A stretch of DNA of 64,000 bases from Planctomycetota bacterium (GTDB lineage: Bacteria; Planctomycetota; UBA11346): NCBI GenBank assembly GCA_038231435.1, contig JBBRLJ010000003.1, positions 32,001 to 96,000 on the forward strand, given 5' to 3'. Below are positions 53,819-64,000 of the stretch, piece by piece. Under the pieces are notes generated by a model. It was not told the DNA's origin, made no database searches, and saw nothing but the letters and a program-made list of their open reading frames with translations. Position 1 is the stretch's first letter; every line of letters starts with the position of its first letter. The position numbers and the translations under genes are program-made.

Positions 53819-56722
53819 TTACGAGTCGAGCACCTCACGCACCTTGCTGAGCAGAGCATGGGCCGAGAACGGTTTCTCGATCAGCACCACGCCGGGGGCG
53901 AGGATGCCCTTGTGGACGATCGCCTTGTCGGCGTAGCCGGACATGAACATCGAGCGCATGTCCGGTCGGCTAGAGGAGAGGCGGTCGACGACCTCGCGAC
54001 CGCTCATGCCGGGCATGATGACGTCGCAGACGGCCAGATGGATGATGCCCTGGTGCGACGACGCCAAGGCCAGCGCCTGGTCGCCGTCACGCGCCGCAAG
54101 CACCCGGTAGCCGCCGCGAGCCAGGGTCGATTTCGAGAACTCGAGCACGTCCGGATCGTCCTCGACCAGCAGAAGGGTCTCGTCGCCCACCGATCCGGTT
54201 GACGCGTCGCTGACGCTCGTGGTGCGATCGTCGCTCTCGTCGATGCGCGGCAGGTAGATCTCGAACGACGTCCCCTTGCCGGCCTCACTGTAGACCAGGA
54301 TGTTCCCGCCGCTCTGCTTGACGATGCCATAGACCGTCGCGAGACCCAGGCCGGTGCCCTTGCCCTGCTCCTTGGTGGTGAAGAAGGGCTCGAACATGTG
54401 CCCAAGCGTCTCCGTGCTCATCCCATGCCCGGTGTCGCGCACTGCCAACATCACCCATTTCCCGGGTTCGAGATCCGCGCGCGGCGGCGCGGCGACCGCC
54501 GATGGGGCCTCGAAATCGACGTTCGAGGTCTCGATGGAAAGCGTGCCGCCCTGCGACATGGCATCGCGCGCGTTCACCGTCAAATTCATGATTACCTGCT
54601 CGAACTGACCAGGGTCGGCACGCACCTTTCCCAACGTGGGAGAGAGCGACAGCAGTATGTCGATATCCTCGCTGATCAGCGGGCGCAGGAGCTTCTCCAT
54701 GTCGGCGATGATGCCGTTGAGGTCGAGGGTCTTCGGCTGAAGCACCTGGCGTCGGCTGAAGGCGAGCAGCTGGCGGGTGAGACCGGCGGCGCGCGTCGCC
54801 GCCTTGAGGATCTGCTCGGCACTGCGGCGCTGCGGGCTCGCCAGGTCCGGACTCTCGATCAGCATCTGACCGTAACCGGTGATGACCGTGAGCAGGTTGT
54901 TGAAATCGTGCGCGACGCCCCCAGCGAGCTGGCCGACCGCCTCCATCTTCTGCGATTGGCGCAGGCGTTCCTCTAGCTGCTTCTGCTCGGTGACGTCCTG
55001 CGCCATCGAGATGACACCGATGAACGCTCCGTCCGAGGTGTGCATCGCGTTGTTGATCCAGCGGCAATGGATGATGCGGCCGGATTTGGTGATGATCGGT
55101 TCCTCGCCGCTGATCACCAACTCGCCAGCGGCCAAGCGCTCGAACAGCGCCGTGACATGGGCGCGGCTCTCTGGGAAGACCAGCATCTCGAAGGAATTCC
55201 TGCCCAGGACCTCGCCACGCTGGTATCCGAACATGCGATCAGCCGCCGGATTCCAGGAGATCACGCGGAATTGAGCGTCGTGGACTATGCACGCCAACGG
55301 CAGGCGCTCGAGCTGCAGTTCGGTGCGCTCGTAGAGCTGCTCGCGTTCGCCCTCGAGGCGGCGCCGTGCCTCCTCGCCGCGCTTGCGCTCGCTGATGTCG
55401 CGGATGACTGCGACAGTGTGGAGATCGCCCTCTTGGGTGAAGGTCGAGATGTGCACCTCCATCTCGAATTCGCTGCCGTCCTTACGCAGGCCGATCGTCT
55501 CATACGTCGTGGCGCTGGGCTCCCCCTCCGAACGGCGTCGGATGCGGTCCGCGATCCCCGACCGCTCCGGTGGAGCAAGCAGGTCGACGATGGGCCGCCC
55601 GGCGATCTCGGCATCCCCGTAGCCGAACAATTTCAGGTAGGCTCGATTGGCGAACTGGTGGATTCCCGACTTGGACACGCCGACGGCGTCGATGGAGGAT
55701 TCGAAGATGGCGCGAAATTTCGACTCGCTCTCGCGCAGGGCGATCTCGGCGGCCTTGCGCCGGGTGATGTCGCGCATCACCACCTGGATGACGGTGGATG
55801 ATCCATCCATGGCGATGGCGTTCGAGGTGGCCTCGACATCGATCGGCGTGCCATCGACCCTGAGCAGGGCGCGTTCGGACATGGGATTGGCGATGCCAGT
55901 GGCGATCGTCTTCGCCACCCGCTCGCGGACCATGTGATGGTGCTGCGGCTGCACGAAATCCAGCATCGGTCGGCCGACCAGGTCCTCGATTGTCGCAGCT
56001 CCGAGCATGGCGGCGGCGGCGGTGTTGGCGAACACCAGGCGTTCGGAATCATGGGCAATGATCGCGTCCGGCGAGAGCTCCACCAGCTGGCGGTAGCGCG
56101 CCGCGCTGTCACGCATCTCCTGATCGATGCGCTTCTGCTCGGTGATGTCGGTGAGCACGGACAGCGCCGCCACCACCTTGCCGTCCCGCGAGATCGGGCC
56201 GATACGGATACGGTACCAGACGTGCGCGCCGTCCGGGCGTACCCATTCCTTCTCGTAGGTCGTCGCCTGGTTGTCGCGCAGCACCGATTCGTAGCGGGCC
56301 CGCGCGCCGGGTTGTTCGGAAGGCAGCACGTAGCGCAGAACGCTGTGGCCGAGGACATCTTCCCGACGCAACCCCACGGCCACGCGGTTGAGATGGGTGA
56401 CGACCAGATCGGGGCCGACGATGTAGATGATATCGGGCGCGTGCTCGACCAGGGTGCGCCAACGCTCCTCGGATTCGAGCCGTGCCTGGAGCGCCGCGGA
56501 TAGCTCTGCGGCATGACCGCGTTCGCTCGCGCGCAGCCGCCGGACCCTCTGCCAGGCGGTGCCCAACACCGCGGCTGCGATCAATCCCGCCGCGGCTGCC
56601 GCCCACGAGGCGATCTCGTCGCCCGCCACCGACCTGCCAGCGTCAGCGCAGGCGATACCCGGCACGCATGCGAGGATCAGCAGCGCGCGACCGACCTGCA
56701 TCAGACGCAAGGGAACGTCCAT
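53819..56722 (-). CDS. Hybrid sensor histidine kinase (N-terminal TM, 4 PAS, HisKA, HATPase, receiver; CckA-like)
   Basis: Four PAS/PAC units ending DIT/DIS/DVT; QKMEAVGQLAGGVAHDFNNLL; NARDAM; FEPFFTTK..GKGTGLGL; receiver LLVEDD...DVIMP...KP. Confidence 0.92.
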   Translation of the reverse strand: MDVPLRLMQVGRALLILACVPGIACADAGRSVAGDEIASWAAAAAGLIAAAVLGTAWQRVRRLRASERGHAAELSAALQARLESEERWRTLVEHAPDIIYIVGPDLVVTHLNRVAVGLRREDVLGHSVLRYVLPSEQPGARARYESVLRDNQATTYEKEWVRPDGAHVWYRIRIGPISRDGKVVAALSVLTDITEQKRIDQEMRDSAARYRQLVELSPDAIIAHDSERLVFANTAAAAMLGAATIEDLVGRPMLDFVQPQHHHMVRERVAKTIATGIANPMSERALLRVDGTPIDVEATSNAIAMDGSSTVIQVVMRDITRRKAAEIALRESESKFRAIFESSIDAVGVSKSGIHQFANRAYLKLFGYGDAEIAGRPIVDLLAPPERSGIADRIRRRSEGEPSATTYETIGLRKDGSEFEMEVHISTFTQEGDLHTVAVIRDISERKRGEEARRRLEGEREQLYERTELQLERLPLACIVHDAQFRVISWNPAADRMFGYQRGEVLGRNSFEMLVFPESRAHVTALFERLAAGELVISGEEPIITKSGRIIHCRWINNAMHTSDGAFIGVISMAQDVTEQKQLEERLRQSQKMEAVGQLAGGVAHDFNNLLTVITGYGQMLIESPDLASPQRRSAEQILKAATRAAGLTRQLLAFSRRQVLQPKTLDLNGIIADMEKLLRPLISEDIDILLSLSPTLGKVRADPGQFEQVIMNLTVNARDAMSQGGTLSIETSNVDFEAPSAVAAPPRADLEPGKWVMLAVRDTGHGMSTETLGHMFEPFFTTKEQGKGTGLGLATVYGIVKQSGGNILVYSEAGKGTSFEIYLPRIDESDDRTTSVSDASTGSVGDETLLLVEDDPDVLEFSKSTLARGGYRVLAARDGDQALALASSHQGIIHLAVCDVIMPGMSGREVVDRLSSSRPDMRSMFMSGYADKAIVHKGILAPGVVLIEKPFSAHALLSKVREVLDS

Positions 56723-56870
56723 GGCACGACGATACGCCCGGATCCGACCTACGGAAGTCGAGGAACTGAGGCCCTGTTGGATGTGCCTGCCGGCTCTACC
56801 GAAAGAAGTCGACTGAGTTCTGGCGGTGCCACCGAAGCTGCCGGCTGGGGTGCCCGGCTGCATCGGCAGG

Positions 56871-58289
<1,419 letters not shown>

Positions 58290-58397
58290 GTGATCCATCG
58301 GTGAAAAGTGCGCACCGACGGACGAATCAGGCGAAGCGCGGGTTGTGAGGAAGTCTCTAACGATACGGTAAAAACCATTATCTCAAGACAATACTCT

Positions 58398-58425
58398 TAG
58401 TTGGGGGGCTACGGCCCCCCAACTA
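58398..58425. repeat. REP-like hairpin, type A, overlapping the Omp85 gene stop codon
   Basis: TAGTTGGGGGGC-TACG-GCCCCCCAACTA, a 12-bp perfect stem. Confidence 0.85.
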
Positions 58426-60540
58426 GAAAGAAAAGCCGACGGCGAACAGGAACAGGTACGCGCCGAAATCCCGCGCCTTGCGCTTGGGATCATAGGCGAC
58501 GTCGAGGCGGACCGGGCCCACCGGGAGCTGGTAGCGGATGCCGGTGCCGATGCCCTGGCCGACAGTGCCGTCGAGATGCCAGGTCTCCTCGTCGACCTCG
58601 CCGATGTCGTAGAACACCGCGGTCCAGAAATGCCCCCTCATCTGCAGGCGCAGCTCCGCGGATGCCATCGCCGCGGTGAGACCGCCAGTGGCATGGCCTG
58701 CCGTGTCGCGCGGACTCAGCTCGCCCTGGTCGTACGAGCGCACCGAATTCTCTCCGCCCAAGGTGAGCCGTTCCTGGATCGGCAGCGTGCCCGCTGAATC
58801 GAGCACCTGGCGCGTGGTGTACCTGCCATCCAGGCCGAACACCACCCGTGGGCCGAAGCTGAGGAATCCCGCTGCCCCGCCACTGTATTCGACGAAATTC
58901 AGATCCGATCCGACGTACGGCGACGAATAGGCGAGACCCACGCTCGCGAGCACGCCGGTGGTGGGCATGACCACGCTGTCGCGGCAATCGAAGCGCAGGC
59001 CGTCGAAGATGCGCGCGCTGGACACGTAGCCGCTCTGCTCGACTCCGGGAAGCGGTGCACTGATGTTCGAGGCTCGGCTGGTCTCGTACGTGTAGCCGCC
59101 CTTCGTCGACCATTTCGCGTCGAAGCGGTGCTCGAGGCTGATGGTCGCGGTATAGGTGCTGCGATCGAAGGTCGGCTCGCGGCGGAACAGGTAGCCGCCG
59201 CCGAGATCCAGGACGTTGTTGGCGCCAACCAGGTAATCGTCGCGCAGGTGCGAGTCGCCGCCGTAGCTCTTCATGCTGACGGTCGGATGGACTTCCCAGT
59301 AGCGGCCCTGGCCGAACAGGTTGCGGTCGCGGTAGCGGATGCCACCGCGCAGCAATTCATAGCTGCCGAAGCCGGCCTCGAATTCGAGCGAACGCGCGCG
59401 CGCCTCCTTGAGGGTCAGCACCACATCGGCGACCCGGCTGTCTCCATGCGGGTCCTGGACGCGCTTCTCCCAGCGCACCGACGAGAACGCGCCACTGCGA
59501 TTGAGCAATCGAACGCCCCGATCCAGGCGATCGCGATCGATGGCCTTGCCATGGGTCAGTCCGAGGCGGCGGCGCACGAAGCCGGGCTTGGTGCGGTCGA
59601 GGCCGACCGGCAGCACCTCGCCGAGCACGTACTCGGGCCCGGGCTTGATGGAGAAAATCACGGTCACGGTCGCGGTGACATCGTCGATCTCGGCGTGGGC
59701 CGCGACCTCGGTGTCGAGATGGCCGCGATCGAGCAGCCAGGCGCGGATCTTGGCCGCGGCCAGGGATGGCGAGCGGACGTAGTACGGCTTGCCGATCAGT
59801 TCGGCGACCTCCTTCACCGGCTTGATGTCGGGCACGCGCATGCCGCTATCGGTGAGATCAGGATCGAGCTCGACCTTGGTGATGATGAAGCGCTTGCCTT
59901 CCTCGATCGGCACCACCGCAAAAGCACCGCGCAAATCGTTGGAGAACGACACCACCGGCTTCGCCACGTGGACCCGGTAGTAGCCATCGAGCAGATAGGC
60001 CATCTCCACGGCACCCGCGCACGAATCGATGTCGTGTTTGCGATACGGTGCATTCTGCAGATCGAAGAGCCCGATGCCCTGGGCCTTGAGCATGCCGCGC
60101 AGCCGCCGCTGGGTGAAATGCGCGGCCCCGGGGAAATACAGCCGCTGCAGGTAGGCGCGCGCACCTTCCTTGATCACGAACACCGCCGATTTGGGCTCGG
60201 CCTGCGACGGTAGCAGGCGGAAATCAACGCGGCCATGAGCGAATCCCTGTTCGCGCAACACCGCCTCCATGGAATACGCTGCGTCCGCAAGGGCTGCCTC
60301 TGTCGGATGGCGCTGGAAATCCTGCAGTTCGCGGCGCGCGGCTGCCGCGAGCTCGCTCTTGCCGACGTGGTGCAGGCCCTCATACGCCACCGGAAGTTTG
60401 TCCCCGTCATCGGCGCCTTCGGCGCGGAACAACCAGGCCGAGATCAGCAGCGCGATCACGAGACCTGCCGCGCGACTAGACGCCGCGACGACGATCGACC
60501 TGGTCATGCGCGCGCCCATGGACATGTGGCGTCGGTGCAT
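58423..60540 (-). CDS. tamA: Omp85-family (TamA/BamA-like) outer-membrane protein with POTRA domains
   Basis: POTRA-like repeats, RNLFG.G, GGENSVRSY (VRGF-like), G.GIRYQLPVGPVRLD, terminal aromatic GFSF. Coupled to the tamB-like gene by TGATG; the true start may be a downstream ATG. Confidence 0.8.
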   Translation of the reverse strand: MHRRHMSMGARMTRSIVVAASSRAAGLVIALLISAWLFRAEGADDGDKLPVAYEGLHHVGKSELAAAARRELQDFQRHPTEAALADAAYSMEAVLREQGFAHGRVDFRLLPSQAEPKSAVFVIKEGARAYLQRLYFPGAAHFTQRRLRGMLKAQGIGLFDLQNAPYRKHDIDSCAGAVEMAYLLDGYYRVHVAKPVVSFSNDLRGAFAVVPIEEGKRFIITKVELDPDLTDSGMRVPDIKPVKEVAELIGKPYYVRSPSLAAAKIRAWLLDRGHLDTEVAAHAEIDDVTATVTVIFSIKPGPEYVLGEVLPVGLDRTKPGFVRRRLGLTHGKAIDRDRLDRGVRLLNRSGAFSSVRWEKRVQDPHGDSRVADVVLTLKEARARSLEFEAGFGSYELLRGGIRYRDRNLFGQGRYWEVHPTVSMKSYGGDSHLRDDYLVGANNVLDLGGGYLFRREPTFDRSTYTATISLEHRFDAKWSTKGGYTYETSRASNISAPLPGVEQSGYVSSARIFDGLRFDCRDSVVMPTTGVLASVGLAYSSPYVGSDLNFVEYSGGAAGFLSFGPRVVFGLDGRYTTRQVLDSAGTLPIQERLTLGGENSVRSYDQGELSPRDTAGHATGGLTAAMASAELRLQMRGHFWTAVFYDIGEVDEETWHLDGTVGQGIGTGIRYQLPVGPVRLDVAYDPKRKARDFGAYLFLFAVGFSF

Positions 60541-63500
60541 CAATGGAAACTCAACCGCCAGACCAAGCCCAGATCGTAGCCGTCGAAGCGATCACGCTCG
60601 CCATGGAGGAAGTAATGCCGGCTGAGCTCGTACTCGGTGTCGATGGTCTCCTGGCCGGTCGTGCTCAGCTGCTGTCCGACGCTGATGTCGAGCCGATCGA
60701 GATCGAGAAGCCCCGGCTCCTTGTCGGGATCCCCGGGGCCGAAGAATTCGTGCCACACCTCCTTCGCCAGGTACTTGCCGACGATGGTGAGCTCGGTGCG
60801 CCCGGAGCCCTGCTCCTCGCGCTCGCGGCCAGTCAGCCCGGTGGTCAGCAGCAGCACGCCCTCGCTGGATGACAGCGGCGGATCCGAATCCACGGTCACC
60901 TCGACATCGGGTAGGTCGCCAGCCGCGTGGACGCGCAGGTCGTAGTTCTTCAAGCGCGCCTCTCCGTCGGCCTCGAGCCGCGGATTGTAAGGCGTATCGA
61001 CCGGGAAGACCAGGGTCGCGTTGGTTATATGAATGGTGGTGAACGGCATTTTCAACCGCGCCTCCTCGCACCACACGCGGCCGCGCGGGATCGGCGCCTC
61101 GCCGCTGCCGCCCAGATGCGCGTCGAGCGAGCAGATGCCGCGGAAGATGTTGTTGTGGATGCGCAGGCAATCGAGGCCGTGGATCTCTATATCGAATGCC
61201 AGCGTCGACAGAGGCGGATCGCGCAGGCTGAACAGCGTGATGCCGTCGTCCTTGGCGCGATGCCCTCCGCTGGGACGGATGCGCGACAGCAGCTCGATGG
61301 GCTTCGAGTACAATGCGTCGGTCGGCCGCATCGAACCGGACAGGGTCATGGCCTCGATCGGGCCATGCAGGTGGAGATCGCAGTCCGCGCGTAGGCGCAG
61401 ATATTGGTTCCGGGTGAGCAATACGTTCTGTCCGTTGAGGAAGAGATCGAAGGCCGGCCTGCTCCACTCCCCGACATCGACCGTGCCGGTGACGGTGATG
61501 GGCTCGAAGCCCATGCGCGCCGTCAGCTCGTCCACCAGGACGCGCGTTCCCTCCAAGCGCAGCCGACCCTTGCCCTCGGAGATGGCGGGCAGATCCGAGC
61601 GAACCTTGAGGCCCACGTCGTCGAGCACCAGCGTGCCGCCCCAGCGCGGCATGAACGGCCGGCCGGAGACCTGCAGGGTACCCGACATGCTGCCGGACAG
61701 GCGCACCAGGGCCGGCAACAGCACGGAGGCACGCGCCAGCTGTACGTTCCCGACGGTGACGTCGCCGGACAGCTCGTCGCTCGTGAGCGATTCGATGAAA
61801 GCGAGCGGGCGATCCGGATCGAATGCCGCGACGCCTCCGACATCGCTCGCGATCGCGAGTCCGCCGCTATCGCGGGCGCGGATCGACGAGCGCCATCCGC
61901 GCAGATCGGCGCGCATGTGCACGTCGATCTCGGCGATCTCGTCGGGCTGCGACTTCAGATCCTCGGCGAGCGGAGCGATGCGCACCAGCAGTTCACGGAT
62001 CGCGAGATCGATCTTCGCGCCAGTCTCGTCGAGATCCGCCGTCACCCCGATGCATCCCGTTTCCGGCAGGTGGAAGCGCGCGGGCGCCAGTCCGGGCAGC
62101 ACCGCGGCGAATGCGCGGGCGTGCATGCGTGGGTGGCCCGCTCCGGGCACCGCCCCCGTCATTCCGAGCCGCACCGGCAGCGAACCGGTGACGGATACAT
62201 CGAGCACGTGATCGAGACGCGCATCGCAGCGTCCCAGACGCAGCCCCTCGGCGTCCTGGAGCGCGTCGATAGACAGCTCGGCGTCGCGGTCAGCGATGCG
62301 CAGCCCGAGCGTGCGCAGCCGCAACGATCCCTCGGGGGTGGCGGCCGGCCCATTCATCGCCAGCGAGAAGCTGGCGCGGCCCTCGACCTTGGGAAAGCCG
62401 ACGGGCGCGAACGCGCCAGGATGGACGTTGATGCCACTCACCGTGAGATCGATGCGCTCGCCGAGATCGCAGGCGAGCTCCAATCTGCCGCCCTCGGTCT
62501 CGATCGTGCACGGATCGATGCGCCAATGGCCGAAGGGGCCCGGGCCAGGTATATGCGAGACCGTGGTGGTTTCGCGCAGGCGCAGCGAGGCATGGTCATT
62601 CCCGGCCTGCGACAGGGCGAGGCGCGATATCCGCGCGGCGACGCCGCCGTCGTCGTCGAGCGACACCTCCCCGAGCAGATCCAGGCGCACCGGCCCATCG
62701 AGCTCCAGGCGATGGATGCTCAGGCCCCCATCGCCGAGGCCTGCCTTGGCCTCGAGCCCGCCGAGCACGTGGCCAGCGATGCGCAGTTCGCTCGCCGACA
62801 CTTCGACATAGGCGTGCGCGTCCCGCATGATTTGTTTCATGCCCCCCGAGAACGTGCCACCCGCAAGGATGACGCCATGCGCCGCGCCCGACATCGCGAT
62901 CGGACTGCCGGCCAATCTCGCCGCCTCGGCCAGATCCAGGACGTCGAATTCCACCCGCAGCTGCTCGGCAGTTCGCACCACCACGTCCACAGCTCCGCTG
63001 GCCGAGATGGCTCCCGCCGCAGCGCGGACGCGGGCGTGCTCGAGCACCAGGTTAGGCCACGCCAGGGAACCGGACACATCCAGCTCGCTTATGGCGCGAC
63101 CGGCCAAGCGCAGATCATGGCCGTCGAGGGTCGCCGCGGCATGGGGATCTCCGAGGGTGCCTTCGACGCGGCCGCGACCCGAACAGGTTCCACCCCAGCC
63201 GTCGCCCAGTCCTGGAAGGGCCTTGTCGGCGAGGTCTATGCTCCAGCTCGCCGACAGCGTCGCCTCGCGCCAACGGCTCAGGCTCGGCGGCAGCGTTCCC
63301 GAACCGTCGACATGCGCGGCCACGCCGTCGCCGAGGACGCTCGCGGAGAACGCCGTCAGGACAGTTCCGCCGTCGCCATCGGCCGCCACGGTGATGGCGA
63401 GCGCGCCGCGCCCACGCAGTGCCGCCGGCACTTCGAGACCCAGGCCAGCGGCGGCGCCGGAGGCGTCCGGAACGCTCAGGCGCAGTCGGCGGACTCCGCT

Positions 63501-64000
63501 GGGCATCCAGCCCGCGCGCGGATCGAGGATGAGATCGGTGATCTCGGCCTGGACGACTGAAGACGCGAGATCCAGGTGGGCGAGCGCCAGGCCCGCCGGC
63601 GACCACGAACCGCTTGCCTCGAGGGTCTCGATGTCGAATCCGCGCCACACGGATCCACGCAGGCGGATCGATCCTTCCGCGCGCCAAGCCGCGTCGTCGC
63701 CGTCCATGCGCGCGTCGAGGCTGCCGCTGACCGTGCCCCGGCTCGGAGTCTCGACGAGTCGCGCCAGCCACGGCGGCACGGTTCTGAGATCGACCCCGTC
63801 GATCTCGGCGGACACGTGCGAACGGGACAGGTCGGCCGTGACCTCGCCTCCCGCGATGCCGATACGCGCGCGCAGGCGCGGTGCGCGGCCGAGCCCGTCG
63901 AGCACCAAGCTGCGCAAGTCGATCCCAGCGATCGTGCCCTCACCACGATCGCCTTCGATGGTGAAGGCGTCGCCATCGCGACTGACGCGCATGTGGACCG
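60540..64000 (-). CDS. tamB: TamB/AsmA-like translocation and assembly protein, C-terminal part; truncated at window end
   Basis: Long Gly-rich beta-taco-like sequence. C-terminal NPRL...SDPPLS...LL.TG and EYELSRHYFL...WRLSFH of the DUF490 type. Adjacent to the Omp85 gene. Confidence 0.8.
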   Translation of the reverse strand, partial: VHMRVSRDGDAFTIEGDRGEGTIAGIDLRSLVLDGLGRAPRLRARIGIAGGEVTADLSRSHVSAEIDGVDLRTVPPWLARLVETPSRGTVSGSLDARMDGDDAAWRAEGSIRLRGSVWRGFDIETLEASGSWSPAGLALAHLDLASSVVQAEITDLILDPRAGWMPSGVRRLRLSVPDASGAAAGLGLEVPAALRGRGALAITVAADGDGGTVLTAFSASVLGDGVAAHVDGSGTLPPSLSRWREATLSASWSIDLADKALPGLGDGWGGTCSGRGRVEGTLGDPHAAATLDGHDLRLAGRAISELDVSGSLAWPNLVLEHARVRAAAGAISASGAVDVVVRTAEQLRVEFDVLDLAEAARLAGSPIAMSGAAHGVILAGGTFSGGMKQIMRDAHAYVEVSASELRIAGHVLGGLEAKAGLGDGGLSIHRLELDGPVRLDLLGEVSLDDDGGVAARISRLALSQAGNDHASLRLRETTTVSHIPGPGPFGHWRIDPCTIETEGGRLELACDLGERIDLTVSGINVHPGAFAPVGFPKVEGRASFSLAMNGPAATPEGSLRLRTLGLRIADRDAELSIDALQDAEGLRLGRCDARLDHVLDVSVTGSLPVRLGMTGAVPGAGHPRMHARAFAAVLPGLAPARFHLPETGCIGVTADLDETGAKIDLAIRELLVRIAPLAEDLKSQPDEIAEIDVHMRADLRGWRSSIRARDSGGLAIASDVGGVAAFDPDRPLAFIESLTSDELSGDVTVGNVQLARASVLLPALVRLSGSMSGTLQVSGRPFMPRWGGTLVLDDVGLKVRSDLPAISEGKGRLRLEGTRVLVDELTARMGFEPITVTGTVDVGEWSRPAFDLFLNGQNVLLTRNQYLRLRADCDLHLHGPIEAMTLSGSMRPTDALYSKPIELLSRIRPSGGHRAKDDGITLFSLRDPPLSTLAFDIEIHGLDCLRIHNNIFRGICSLDAHLGGSGEAPIPRGRVWCEEARLKMPFTTIHITNATLVFPVDTPYNPRLEADGEARLKNYDLRVHAAGDLPDVEVTVDSDPPLSSSEGVLLLTTGLTGREREEQGSGRTELTIVGKYLAKEVWHEFFGPGDPDKEPGLLDLDRLDISVGQQLSTTGQETIDTEYELSRHYFLHGERDRFDGYDLGLVWRLSFH

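Overview
A very GC-rich bacterial chromosome segment, densely coding, with about 40 genes. The gene repertoire (Planctomycete/Verrucomicrobia-style ECF sigma plus FecR pair, membrane Ser/Thr kinase, many AraC and PhyH genes, Omp85/TamB) suggests a Gram-negative PVC-superphylum organism, probably Planctomycetota; this is inference only. Core-type genes are uxaC, typA, cstA with a ybdD-like gene, an RhlE-like DEAD helicase, tamA/tamB-like genes, a PAS hybrid kinase and an AAA+/VWA pair. A large carbohydrate and small-molecule utilisation region (about 14.5-46.7 kb) holds four AraC regulators, LacI, an ECF sigma/anti-sigma pair, three PhyH dioxygenases, GH116, two secreted putative glycoside hydrolases and two Gfo/Idh/MocA oxidoreductases. 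The best candidate for a new system is the operon at 27571-32325. It encodes a 1120-aa protein with a TonB/TolA-type SxxxH membrane anchor, a very long Ala-rich helical stalk, a CBM9-like sugar-binding domain and an Ig-like domain, followed directly by exbB and exbD. This reads as a putative proton-motive-force-driven glycan-binding device with no TonB-dependent receptor nearby. A modular family of REP-like hairpin repeats sits at gene 3' ends (9 copies at 7 sites). I saw no rRNA, tRNA, CRISPR array or transposase. All family assignments come from motif recognition by eye, not from database searches, and start codons are best estimates.
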